Shown here in pieces: positions 1-9,599 of a stretch of DNA of 64,000 nucleotides. The notes beneath the pieces were generated by a model. That model was given only the letters and a program-made list of their open reading frames with translations, was not told the origin of the DNA and made no database searches. How positions within the stretch are numbered: the stretch's first letter is position 1; every line of letters begins with the position of its first letter. The position numbers and the translations under genes were made by a program. The stretch is from an uncultured bacterium (GTDB taxonomy: Bacteria; UBP6; UBA1177), in NCBI GenBank assembly GCA_905235605.1, contig CAJOMF010000002.1, positions 4,918 to 68,917 on the forward strand, written 5' to 3'.

Positions 1-292
1 TGCATTGAACTGCAGCATACCGACAGAAAGCGCGATCCCGATATTGACTTTATCCTGAATAGGAATGTCATAACCGAAATTGAGCCTTAAAGTCGAACCG
101 AGAGGACTTCCGGCATTGTCTCCTCCAGCCTTGCCGACATAACCTACGATACCGCCGGAAAACTGAAGATGAAGACCTCTGAGGATCGGATCCAGATCGT
201 TACCGGAGACATCACCCGTAGCTTCTTCGGACTCAGCCAAAAGCGAAAAACTGACCAGAAGTGCCATAAGCAACAAAAACAACTTTTTCATG
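1..292 (-). CDS. Outer-membrane beta-barrel protein, 3'-truncated by the window edge (GltH-like position)
   Basis: Minus-strand ATG at 290-292 begins MKKLFLLLMALLVSFSLLAESEE..., a signal peptide followed by alternating hydrophobic/G-rich beta-strand pattern (GYVGKAGGDNAGSPLGSTLRLNFGYDIPIQDKVNIGIALSVGMLQFNA). It runs off the window so it is absent from the ORF track. It starts 10 nt after the stop of the upstream gene. Confidence 0.5.
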
Positions 293-301
293 TTTTCCCC
301 C

Positions 302-1711
302 TTAGCTTTCTGAGTTCTTAAATACGAACGGGTAGTTTACGATAACGATACCGCCGCCTTTAGGAGCAGGGAAACGAATCTTTTTGATCTGATCTGCGAC
401 ACAGCTTTCAACCGTTGCATTGCCCATCGTGGTTCTCTGTACTTTGGAACTGCTTACAGCACCTGTTGCAGAAATGATGAAGTTGATAACGATTCTTCCG
501 AAAAGTTTCGGATCCTTGTTAAGTTCCTTCTCATAGCACCATCTGATCTTCGCAAGGTTTCTTCTGATGTATGCATCAATGACAGATCTGTCAAGAGCAC
601 CCATGATGACTGCCTGACCGCCGCCGGCTGAAATATCCGAACGGCCTTTTCTGCCGATCTGACCTGCTGCCATACCGTATTTGCCGCCGGCACCGCCGCC
701 GCCGCGTCCTCTTGTTCCGAGACCGCCGATTCCGAGAGCGTTACCGCCGCCGCCTGTACCGAAACCTCTTGTTCCGAGACCGCCGGAACCGAACTGGTCA
801 ACACCTGCAAGACCGGTTACAGAACCAAGTGTTTTTTCCATGCCGGCACCAAGACCGCCGCCGCCGAAAACACGGTCGAAACTTGCCGCACCGGATGAAA
901 GAGCACCCATAATACCGGAACTCTGAGCGACCTTAGCATCGAGACCTCTTCTTGCAGAACCCTGAGCGTTTGCAACACGGCTCTTCTTGTCACCGACTCT
1001 ACCCTCTTCACCGAGAGACTTTCTCTGCGAAGTAGCCTCAACAAGCCCCTCTTTCGGTTTTTCGAGTTTTACTTTCTTTTCTTCCTCGATCTCCTCGACC
1101 TTTATCTCTTCTTCTTTCGTCTCAACGATCAGTTTTGCAAATCTGTTGTCAAGCTCGAAAATATCGACTTCTATAGGCGGAGTCTCAATAATCATATTGA
1201 AAACAAAACCACCGACAATGAAGATAAGAAGAAGAATTATCGCAAACGCGAAATCGAACTGCAAAGCACCGCCTTTGTACTTTTCTGCAGGTGACTTCAA
1301 AGCACAGACTGAAACAGGACCGAACTCAACGACAAGAAGTGTCGTATCGTCGATATCTACACTCGTGTGCCCTTCAGCGATGTACTTTTCCAGATCGGTT
1401 TTTTCGGTTCCTTTGTAAAGAGCACCTTTAAATCCGTTCTTGAGATTTACCGAAAAATTCTTACCCGAAACAGAAGCAAAATCGAACTTGTTTTCGGACA
1501 AAAAAGCTTCATCCACAACACAATCCGCACCGTTTTCTGTTCCCAAGGTAAATTTTTTGTCAACTTTTTGCAAATCGAGCAGAACCCTGTTGTCATAAAC
1601 GACTCTGATTTCAGGCTCTAATTTTCCTTTGGCTCCGTCATTTACCGGCACACCCGGAACAGGAGACAAATCGTAAAGCAATCTTTTTCTCATTTTTGAT
1701 TTCTCAGGCAT
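302..1711 (-). CDS. GltG/AgmX-like protein: FHA-like N-terminus, single TM, acidic coiled region, Gly-rich region and C-terminal TonB-C/AgmX-PglI-like domain
   Basis: 469 aa. TM FAFAIILLLIFIVGGFVF, then EEEIKVEEIEEEKKVK, then a long GGxGxG-rich stretch. The C-terminus GALDRSVIDAYIRRNLAKIRWCYEKEL...CVADQIKKIRFP is typical of TonB-C-like AgmX/PglI domains. Confidence 0.6.
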   Translation of the reverse strand: MPEKSKMRKRLLYDLSPVPGVPVNDGAKGKLEPEIRVVYDNRVLLDLQKVDKKFTLGTENGADCVVDEAFLSENKFDFASVSGKNFSVNLKNGFKGALYKGTEKTDLEKYIAEGHTSVDIDDTTLLVVEFGPVSVCALKSPAEKYKGGALQFDFAFAIILLLIFIVGGFVFNMIIETPPIEVDIFELDNRFAKLIVETKEEEIKVEEIEEEKKVKLEKPKEGLVEATSQRKSLGEEGRVGDKKSRVANAQGSARRGLDAKVAQSSGIMGALSSGAASFDRVFGGGGLGAGMEKTLGSVTGLAGVDQFGSGGLGTRGFGTGGGGNALGIGGLGTRGRGGGGAGGKYGMAAGQIGRKGRSDISAGGGQAVIMGALDRSVIDAYIRRNLAKIRWCYEKELNKDPKLFGRIVINFIISATGAVSSSKVQRTTMGNATVESCVADQIKKIRFPAPKGGGIVIVNYPFVFKNSES

Positions 1712-1757
1712 AGTCTCGGCCTCATAATATAATGGTTAACATCAACATAACAACACT

Positions 1758-2018
1758 CTAATTAAGCAGGTCAACAGACCTTACCAACTCTTTGTTGAAA
1801 TCCTGTTTCAGATTAATCAAAGAATCAAATTTGGTTTTGGATCTATCCATCAGGAACGAACCCGAAGGCTTTTTGATCTGACCTTCCAACATGACATCTT
1901 CGAAATCGATGACTGTTTTTTCACGGTATTTGATAAGTCGTCCTTCTTCATCGGTTTCCTGTGCAGCCAGGAACGAAAAAGAAAGCAACAAAAACAAAAC
2001 AGCGACAAACTTTTTCAT
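1758..2018 (-). CDS. Small secreted protein (GltF-like position and size)
   Basis: 86 aa with signal peptide MKKFVAVLFLLLSFSFLAAQ. Sits between the TPR lipoprotein and the AgmX-like gene in the operon. Confidence 0.45.
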   Translation of the reverse strand: MKKFVAVLFLLLSFSFLAAQETDEEGRLIKYREKTVIDFEDVMLEGQIKKPSGSFLMDRSKTKFDSLINLKQDFNKELVRSVDLLN

Positions 2019-2086
2019 GACAATGACCTCCGTATTAAAATCAACGCCTTAGTGTAGCCATTAAGCTCGAAATATCAAATTTTCTC

Positions 2087-3253
2087 CTACTCGGTTTTTT
2101 CAACCGGTCTGATGTTTACTTTATCGCTCAGATACTGGTTGACAATGTGGTCAGCCGGTAAACTGCCGCCTGTAATCGAAATATACTTTCTGAAATTTCT
2201 CTTTGCTTCGACCTGCTTGTTCATGTGGTCGTTGTAAAGAACAGCAAGGTTAAAAGTTGCAACAGCATTGTTCGGATCTTTCTGAAGAACTGCAAGATAC
2301 TCTTTTTCGGCATCTTCAAATCTTCCGAGACCTCTCAAAGCCATAGCAAGACCGATTCTTGCATTCAAATTGTCGGGATCCTGAGAAAGGACAACCGAAA
2401 ATCTTTCGTAAGCAGTCTCTGCATCACCGTATTTCATAGCGATCGAACCGACATTGAAGTTAGCGCTTTTGTTCTTCGGATCGTTCGCGATGGCACGGGT
2501 AAAGTAAAGCATGGCGAGAGAGTCATCGTTCTGTGCCGAATAAAGAACACCTCGGTTGTTGGCAATACCGGCATCGTCCGACTTCAAATTGTAGGAGTTT
2601 GTCGTTACCATCGAAGCAAGACCGGAATCGTTCTTCTTGAAGTAGATCATACCAAGGTTCTTGAGTGCATCGACATCAGCCTGATCCTGAATGAGAATCT
2701 TTCTAACAGACTGGATCGCATTGATGTAATCGCCTTTCAGAAGGTAGAAACCTGCGACAGCCGAAAGAACACCTTTATCCTTGTCATTCTCTTTCTCGAG
2801 GAACTTCTCGCAAACTTCGATTGCGCGGTTGTACTCAAGTTTGTTGGCATAAATAGCCGCCTTATTGATGACCGGCAGAGAATATTTCGGATCAAGTTCA
2901 AGAGCTTTGTTGTAATTTTTTACCGCATTCTGGTCATCGCCTTTGCGCTGATAAGCCAGACCGAGATTGTAATGAAGGATCGGAGCAGTCGGATAAGCCT
3001 CGATTGCGAGCTCAAAATTTTTGATAGCCGCATCGAAATCAACCTTGCCGTCTTTGACTTCAAGAGCTTTTATACCCTCTTCAGTATAATATTTAGCCCA
3101 ATCTTCAGGTTCTTTCGGTTTTGCCTTGACAACAGGAGCTTCTGACTTCTTAGCCTGTGCAGGTTTGTCTTCCTGAGCTTTCTCCGGAGCAGTTCCGCAG
3201 GAAGCCAAAATCAAGGAAAATACCAACAAGAAAGATAATACTGTTTTTTTCAT
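2087..3253 (-). CDS. TPR-repeat lipoprotein (GltE/AglT-like)
   Basis: 388 aa with lipoprotein signal LILASC. Multiple TPR-like repeats (AYQRKGD, ALELDP, AIANDP, LSQDP, LQKDP). 3-nt gap to the upstream gene. Confidence 0.6.
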   Translation of the reverse strand: MKKTVLSFLLVFSLILASCGTAPEKAQEDKPAQAKKSEAPVVKAKPKEPEDWAKYYTEEGIKALEVKDGKVDFDAAIKNFELAIEAYPTAPILHYNLGLAYQRKGDDQNAVKNYNKALELDPKYSLPVINKAAIYANKLEYNRAIEVCEKFLEKENDKDKGVLSAVAGFYLLKGDYINAIQSVRKILIQDQADVDALKNLGMIYFKKNDSGLASMVTTNSYNLKSDDAGIANNRGVLYSAQNDDSLAMLYFTRAIANDPKNKSANFNVGSIAMKYGDAETAYERFSVVLSQDPDNLNARIGLAMALRGLGRFEDAEKEYLAVLQKDPNNAVATFNLAVLYNDHMNKQVEAKRNFRKYISITGGSLPADHIVNQYLSDKVNIRPVEKTE

Positions 3254-3255
3254 GA

Positions 3256-6200
3256 TTATTCTCCCTGTTCCTCTTTGTTTTCAACATTTTCAGCAGCCGG
3301 TTGTTCAGCTTCTTCCGCTTTCTGAGCAGTTTCAGCCGGAGCTTCTGCAACTGCCGGAGCTGCTTTCGGCTGACCCGCACTCTTTCTGAGTTTAGCTCTA
3401 TCTTCATCGGAAATCTTCGGGAACTTGTAGTCGGTATCGATCTTTCCGATCAAAGACGATGTTTCGATCATGTCGGAAGCCGGAACGATCTCATTTTCAT
3501 CGTAATATTTTCCGCCGGTAACTTCCTGGAAGAAACGGAGCTCGTATTTAGCCTTTGCAACCCACTCGTTGTAAACAGAGCTTTCATAACCTTTCTTCAT
3601 TGCAGTTTCAAAGTAGGTAACAGCATTTTTCTGAGCACCGAAAGCCTTTTCATCGAGGTAGTTCTTATACTCTGAAATCTGAGCTTCGTTAAGCCACGGA
3701 GCGATCGGAGCATTGAACATCTGGTCGGTCAGGTCTTTGTAGATCTTGCCGATGTAGTAAAGAACCGCAGGAGTGAATCTCGGAGAAGTGGTGATCGCGA
3801 TGATCTGCTCGTATTTCTGCGAAAGAGAAACTGTGAGCTCGATCTTTTTTGTCATTCTCTCCTGAGAAATCTTGTTGAACTCGTCCTTTACTTTTGCTGC
3901 AGCCTTCAAATTAGCCTTTTCATCCGGATAAAGCTCATCGGGATTAGCATCGCCGTGATGGATGATCTTGCCGTCTTCGACATCAAAACCAAGCTGAAGG
4001 AATTCATATCCTTTGTGCTTTTTCGCAAACGGAATATTGTCGAATTTGATTGACATATATTCGTTGTACTCCGGAAGAAGTTCTTCAAGGAGCGCCTCTG
4101 CGATAATGTCTCTCGAAATCTCGTTGAGTTCAGCTTTTTCCTTAAATTCAGCGCCTCTCGAGATCTGAAGGATCTTATCTACACTCTTGTAATATTCTTT
4201 CGTGTTGTTCTGCTCTCTGTACATCTTCATCTTTGCACCGTAAAGAGCAAGAAGCGTGTTGGGTTCGCCCTTTTCAACGCTTACTTTATTGACTTCGCTT
4301 ACAGGTTTTTTCTTGCCGGCTTCATCAATATAGTAGTAGTCCTTAAGACCTTTCATATCGGTATGGTCTGCAACAAATTTGTCGAAACCTTTTTCAGCTC
4401 TGTCGTAGAAAGTCTTGCCCTTTCTCATCCAGATGTAGCCGTACTGAAGAGCGATCTCGGCCTTTTCCTTGTCGTCTTTCGCATATTTGTCAACAAAAAG
4501 TCTGTAGTTGTCGATAGCTTTTTCGGTTTCGCCCAAGCTCTCGTAAAGAACGGCTGCGTTGTAAACTGCATCGCCTGCATCTTTGCTTTGAGGAGACTTT
4601 TCAACGAAATCGATGTAAAGCTGGGCAGCTTTGTCGTAGTAAGCGATCGCTTCGTAGTTCTTTGCAAGTCCGAACATGATTTTATCTCTGTGCGGAGATT
4701 TCTTGTAAACATCGTCGGACTCTCTGAGGAACTGTTCCTGAACACGGATCGACTTGTAAAGGTCGCCGCCTTTCTGATAGTAAACGATCGCGTTGTACAT
4801 AGCGACATCGTTGAATTTCGACTTCTGGAATTCGTTTACAAATGCCATGTATCTGTCAGCGGACTCAAGGCTCTTTCCGTTTTTGTGCGGAATGTCAGCC
4901 GAGTAGAACGTTGCCATTTCCTTGAACTTCTCAAGGTCGGTTTTAAGTCTGTTCCTTCCGGAAAGAAGAGCTGAATTCTTAAGGAATTCTCTTGATTTGT
5001 TGTTGATTGCCTCCCAGTCTCTCGCCATGTTGAGAGAGTCCATGATGAGGTCGGCCGAGAACTCTGCAAGTTCGTGTCTCGGATACTTCTGAACGATCAT
5101 TTCGAAAACAGGAACCGCTTTGTCGAAATGGTTGAAAACGTAATAAGTGATAGCCTGTTTGTAGATAATATCGACAAGATATTTCGATCTCGGGATATTT
5201 TTAATATAGGTATCGCAAGCGGTTATGAACTTCTGGTGAAGCTCGGGGATCGGTTTTTCCTTGTTTTCATCAGCGACCTTGTCTTTCTTGTCGGCATCCT
5301 TGTCGTCAGCCGCCTTTACGAGATCAGCACTGATTTCACCCGATTTTTCCTGTTTTGCCTTCGCGATTCTGTTCTGAGCCTCTTTCTTTGCTTTTTCCTG
5401 TTCCTCTTCAAGAAGAGCACCGAAGCAACTGACCGCACCGAAAGAAGCGTCTTCGAAGTGGTGACCTTTCGGGTTCATATCGGCAACTTTCTGATATTCG
5501 TCACCGGCTTCCGTGTATTTTTTGTGATCATAAAGATACTCAGCGTAGTTGAAACGCATATCGTACGAAGCTTCCGATTTCGGGAAATATTTAAGATATG
5601 TCGGGTAAAGTTCGCCGACGATCTTCCATGTTTCCGGTGATTTCGTCTTTCTTGCCTCGTTGTGGTAGTCAACCGTCAAAATTCTGAGTGCTGCTTCCGC
5701 AGTCTGCTGAGCACTTTCAAGAGTAGCTTCGTCTTTTTCGTTCGCCTTTACCCAGCGTGCATTCTTATCTGCGTAGTTGGCAACAAGAACAATGATCTCC
5801 TTTCTGACGGCCTCTTTGTTGTTGAGTTTTTTGTAGCACTCAACGATCTGTTTCTGCCAGGTCGGACCTTCCGGTCTTTCCGGTGCTTCCTGCTGCAGCT
5901 TTCTATAGATTTTGATAGCTTCTTCGGATCTGTCCTGATCGAAGTAGATCTGAGCAAGTCTTTTAAGGACAGCAATGAAATATTTCTGTTCTTTGACAAT
6001 ATTTTTGAAGTACTTTTCAGCTTCGTCAACAGAACCTGCTTCTGCATACGGAGCGACCATGTCGTTAAGAGCATCTTCCTTCAGTGACTGGTCGTTGATT
6101 TTCTCTGCGACTTCGACAACCTGCTGGAAAAGTTTTACCGACTGCTCGTATTCGCCGACATTGTACATACACCATGCATACTTATAAAGAGCAAATCCGT

Positions 6201-6885
6201 AGAATTTGTTGTCAGGATACTTGTCAATGATGGCTTTATAGTTCGGAATAGCCTTGAAAACGTTGTTGTTGTTGAAGAAATATTCACCCATTTCAAAGTA
6301 TGCGTCGGAAGCGAACTTCGAATTCTGGAATTTCTCGACAACGAGCGTGTAGTAGCGGACTGCCGCAAGGCTCTGACCGGTTTCCATGAGGTTGGAAGCC
6401 ATAAAGAAGTAAACCTCATCCAAGCCCTGATATGTCGGATATTTTTTAATGATGTAATCGCAAATTTCAATAGCTTTTTTGTTCCATTCAAGCGATGCAT
6501 CAAGGTTAAGTTCAGGCATCGGAGCATTCGGGTCGTTCATTTCGTAGTACTTATCGATTTTTTTGTTGTACTCATCCATGATGACGGCCTTGATGCCTCT
6601 TGCTTTTTCCCAGTAAAGTTCAGCAAGTCTTCTGTACTGAGCAGCCTTTCTCGGACCTTCAGGAGCATCTTTTAAATAATCATTAAGCTGTTTTATTGAT
6701 TCTTCTCTTGCTTTCATCGACCTGCTGTCGACTTTGACCGTGCTTGTCTCGACGCGAGCTTTTGCCGGACCGTCCGAAGTCGTTGCCTCATCGTCTCTTT
6801 TCTTTCTCTGTGCGGAAAGTGTCAGCGAAAAGCAAAGAACTAACAAAACCGCTAAAAAAACTCTTAATGTTTTGTTATTTGACAT
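3256..6885 (-). CDS. Large secreted TPR-repeat protein (GltD/AgmU-like)
   Basis: 1209 aa with signal peptide. Many TPR-like Y/F..A...Y repeats. Size and operon position match AgmU. Confidence 0.6.
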   Translation of the reverse strand: MSNNKTLRVFLAVLLVLCFSLTLSAQRKKRDDEATTSDGPAKARVETSTVKVDSRSMKAREESIKQLNDYLKDAPEGPRKAAQYRRLAELYWEKARGIKAVIMDEYNKKIDKYYEMNDPNAPMPELNLDASLEWNKKAIEICDYIIKKYPTYQGLDEVYFFMASNLMETGQSLAAVRYYTLVVEKFQNSKFASDAYFEMGEYFFNNNNVFKAIPNYKAIIDKYPDNKFYGFALYKYAWCMYNVGEYEQSVKLFQQVVEVAEKINDQSLKEDALNDMVAPYAEAGSVDEAEKYFKNIVKEQKYFIAVLKRLAQIYFDQDRSEEAIKIYRKLQQEAPERPEGPTWQKQIVECYKKLNNKEAVRKEIIVLVANYADKNARWVKANEKDEATLESAQQTAEAALRILTVDYHNEARKTKSPETWKIVGELYPTYLKYFPKSEASYDMRFNYAEYLYDHKKYTEAGDEYQKVADMNPKGHHFEDASFGAVSCFGALLEEEQEKAKKEAQNRIAKAKQEKSGEISADLVKAADDKDADKKDKVADENKEKPIPELHQKFITACDTYIKNIPRSKYLVDIIYKQAITYYVFNHFDKAVPVFEMIVQKYPRHELAEFSADLIMDSLNMARDWEAINNKSREFLKNSALLSGRNRLKTDLEKFKEMATFYSADIPHKNGKSLESADRYMAFVNEFQKSKFNDVAMYNAIVYYQKGGDLYKSIRVQEQFLRESDDVYKKSPHRDKIMFGLAKNYEAIAYYDKAAQLYIDFVEKSPQSKDAGDAVYNAAVLYESLGETEKAIDNYRLFVDKYAKDDKEKAEIALQYGYIWMRKGKTFYDRAEKGFDKFVADHTDMKGLKDYYYIDEAGKKKPVSEVNKVSVEKGEPNTLLALYGAKMKMYREQNNTKEYYKSVDKILQISRGAEFKEKAELNEISRDIIAEALLEELLPEYNEYMSIKFDNIPFAKKHKGYEFLQLGFDVEDGKIIHHGDANPDELYPDEKANLKAAAKVKDEFNKISQERMTKKIELTVSLSQKYEQIIAITTSPRFTPAVLYYIGKIYKDLTDQMFNAPIAPWLNEAQISEYKNYLDEKAFGAQKNAVTYFETAMKKGYESSVYNEWVAKAKYELRFFQEVTGGKYYDENEIVPASDMIETSSLIGKIDTDYKFPKISDEDRAKLRKSAGQPKAAPAVAEAPAETAQKAEEAEQPAAENVENKEEQGE

Positions 6886-6913
6886 CTTTAGAAACCTCTG
6901 ACTAATTTACAAA

Positions 6914-8539
6914 TTACTCTTTGCACAAATTATCTACGTTGAAGAAGTAGTAACCGAGCTCATCTTCCCAATATTCGCCGTCAAACGGATAGTAGTAGGA
7001 ATTCTGCGGAACGGAAGGATTCATCTCAGACTTTTTCTGAGCAGTCTCTTCTTCTTCCTTTACTTCTTTGCCGTAAAGCTCTTCTTTTTCGTAAGCCGAT
7101 TTCATACTATCGGTCATCTCAAAACGTATCGCTCTCATATCAGCAGTGATCTGAAGAAGCTCGTTGTTAAGGTTCTGGACTCTCTGAACAAGCCATACAC
7201 CTGCTTCATTTCTGAGAGTAGTCAGCTGATACATCATTTTCTTGGAAATATCCTGAGCTATAACACTGTTTCTGAAAGATTCCGGGGATTCTTCAATGAT
7301 GACAAGTTCCCTTTCAATTTCTTTGATGTGGTTATACTTTCTTATAAAGAGATTTTCCGTCAAAATGTTTCTGAGAACAGCTTCCGGAAGTTCCGTATTC
7401 TCACCGGTCTGTGCCTTTTTGTACATTACAAGAAGTTCCTTATAAATATCGAGACCGGTCTTCGTGGAAACATTTTCAAGCCAGGAAGCCATTTTCTTCT
7501 GATAATCGGGATAAACGCTGAAGAAGTAGTCGATAACCTTGTTTACTTCGTCATACTGGCAGAGACTGTAGTATGTAACAGCTTCAACGGCATTTACTTC
7601 CGGGAAATAAATATCGGTGAAGAAAGGTGAACGGAGCGTTACGACCGTACCGAGTGTCGAATCGAATCTTCCGATCATGAGGGAAGCCCAGGTTCTTGCA
7701 AAAAGTGATTCGAACCACTGAGCGTTGTCTCTTCCGACATTCGAGAAGTAGTTGAGTGCGACGTTGAACATCGCGAGCTTGTTCTGCGACTGCCATGCAG
7801 CTGCGTAGTAAAGTTCGCCGAGTGCAAGTTCAGCCATACCTTTCAGTTTTTTGATGTCGGTGCCGATGTATTTGTCATCCGGCATCTCTTTGATTTCGGT
7901 GAAACTCTTCATTGCGTCTGCAAACATCTGCTGACGAACCTGGATGACACCGAGGAAATATTTTGCTTTCGGGTAGAAGGAGCTGTAGTCCTTTACCTGC
8001 GAGAACATTTTGAGAGCCTGCTCGTCCTGACCGTTGTAGAAGTTGATTTTGCCGAGGTAGTAGGTCAACTCGTTGGCGAACTTCTTCGGGAGAGCTTCGT
8101 AGTCAACGTTGGAAAGAACAGCAAAAAGGACCTTTTCATCTTCCGTTTTGTAAGTGACGGCAAGAAGTTTCAGAAGGCTCGATACGAAATAGTGCGATTC
8201 CGAACCTTCGAAAAGGATCTCTGCAAGCTGGTATTCAGAAGCCTGATAAAGCCCCATTCTGAAAAGAGACTCTGCATAGTAGTATCTTGCGGTATCATGC
8301 AGTCTGTCCCATTCCTGATTTTTCATAATCGCATAGAAACCGACAGCAGAGGTAAAGTAATCTTCGCTGTTGTATGCGTTTACGACTTTCGTGATCGCTT
8401 CAGGCATACCTTCAACAAGAGATGCGTCGATCTTCTCGTATTTTTTCATTTCCTTTTCGCGGACTGTAAGCTGCGTCGCGCAGGACGTGACCAGCATCAC
8501 CGCGAAGGAGATAAGAACAAGAGTCAGTATTTTTTTCAT
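6914..8539 (-). CDS. TPR-like lipoprotein (GltC-like position)
   Basis: 541 aa, lipobox LVTSC, helical-repeat composition. Confidence 0.45.
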   Translation of the reverse strand: MKKILTLVLISFAVMLVTSCATQLTVREKEMKKYEKIDASLVEGMPEAITKVVNAYNSEDYFTSAVGFYAIMKNQEWDRLHDTARYYYAESLFRMGLYQASEYQLAEILFEGSESHYFVSSLLKLLAVTYKTEDEKVLFAVLSNVDYEALPKKFANELTYYLGKINFYNGQDEQALKMFSQVKDYSSFYPKAKYFLGVIQVRQQMFADAMKSFTEIKEMPDDKYIGTDIKKLKGMAELALGELYYAAAWQSQNKLAMFNVALNYFSNVGRDNAQWFESLFARTWASLMIGRFDSTLGTVVTLRSPFFTDIYFPEVNAVEAVTYYSLCQYDEVNKVIDYFFSVYPDYQKKMASWLENVSTKTGLDIYKELLVMYKKAQTGENTELPEAVLRNILTENLFIRKYNHIKEIERELVIIEESPESFRNSVIAQDISKKMMYQLTTLRNEAGVWLVQRVQNLNNELLQITADMRAIRFEMTDSMKSAYEKEELYGKEVKEEEETAQKKSEMNPSVPQNSYYYPFDGEYWEDELGYYFFNVDNLCKE

Positions 8540-8551
8540 AGTGCCACCCCA

Positions 8552-9412
8552 CTACTTAGCAAAGGGAAGGAACATGCTTGCATTGATCGTGAACAAAAAG
8601 TCTGTCTTGAGATAAGCCGAGCTTCCGCCTTCCTGTTTCGGACGTTTATCCTTCATGATGAACCAGTCGAAATTCAAGCTCAGACTTGCGTTTTTGCCCA
8701 GGAAAATTCTCGGGGCAAAACCGACCTGGAAAGCCACGTTATTGTTGTTCATTTTCTTGACGCCTTCGCCTTCAGCGACTGTTCTGTAGTAATAAACACC
8801 GACTGATGCATTAAGGTCGTACTTTGGAATGAAGTCGCCGAAAACGCTGAGTTTGCCGTAGAAAGGAGTGAAAACGGCACTTGCGCCGGCTGTAAGCATG
8901 AGGTTGCTCTTCGCGACATAAGCATCGGCTTCCTTAGCCTGTTTAAGGGTTTCGTTTTCCCATGAAACAGCGCCGTAGAGGAAACGTGCCTGCAAAGCGA
9001 TGTATTCGTTGAAGTGATAAGCCGCTCTGATACCGACTGCAAGAAGATCTTCCCAGTCGCCGCATGCGAAACCGATGTCGATTCCGAGTTCAAAGCGTTT
9101 GTCCTTCATAAAATCCTTTTTCTGGACAACTTTGATCTGTTTTTTCTTTTCTACATTAAGGTCTCTGAGCTCTTTTTCAGCCTCAGAATCGGCTGCTGAT
9201 GCATTGACATCAAGCTGGGCGGTCTTCGGAGCATCAGCATTCTGCTGAGCTTCGGCAGGTGCATCACCGTCTTCAGCCGGTGCTTCTGCTGCTGCAGGAT
9301 CTTCAGGACCGGCTGCTCCGCCGTCCAAATCGAAAAGATCATCTGCAAAAACCTGGAAAGAAACAAATGCAAAAAAAGCAAGTGTTAAAGCGACTAATTT
9401 ACTGTGTTTCAT
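8552..9412 (-). CDS. Outer-membrane beta-barrel protein with Ala/Pro/Glu-rich linker (GltA/B/K-like)
   Basis: 286 aa with signal peptide and an acidic AP-rich linker. Alternating beta-strand pattern with C-terminal aromatic residues. First gene of the minus-strand cluster. Confidence 0.5.
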   Translation of the reverse strand: MKHSKLVALTLAFFAFVSFQVFADDLFDLDGGAAGPEDPAAAEAPAEDGDAPAEAQQNADAPKTAQLDVNASAADSEAEKELRDLNVEKKKQIKVVQKKDFMKDKRFELGIDIGFACGDWEDLLAVGIRAAYHFNEYIALQARFLYGAVSWENETLKQAKEADAYVAKSNLMLTAGASAVFTPFYGKLSVFGDFIPKYDLNASVGVYYYRTVAEGEGVKKMNNNNVAFQVGFAPRIFLGKNASLSLNFDWFIMKDKRPKQEGGSSAYLKTDFLFTINASMFLPFAK

Positions 9413-9599
9413 GACTCCTTACCTAAATAGAATTGTTAAACCACCAAAAAGTCGGGAAGGAACTTAGTGGATTTGAAAAATAATGTCAAGAATTTTCAGG
9501 CAGAGACGTCACTTTTTATATCTTTGATAATATTAAGGTTTCTGATCACTTTACCGTCAAAGCGAATTTTTTGTACTGCTTTTTTTGATTCAAAGAAGA

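Noticed and set aside
681-926. Proline-rich 81-aa plus-strand ORF
   Set aside because: It is the antisense translation of the Gly-rich (GGN-codon) region of the AgmX-like gene.
2225-6087. Several plus-strand ORFs (306, 203, 188, 141 aa) inside the TPR genes
   Set aside because: Shadow ORFs antisense to long, well-supported minus-strand genes. Low-complexity, no signals.
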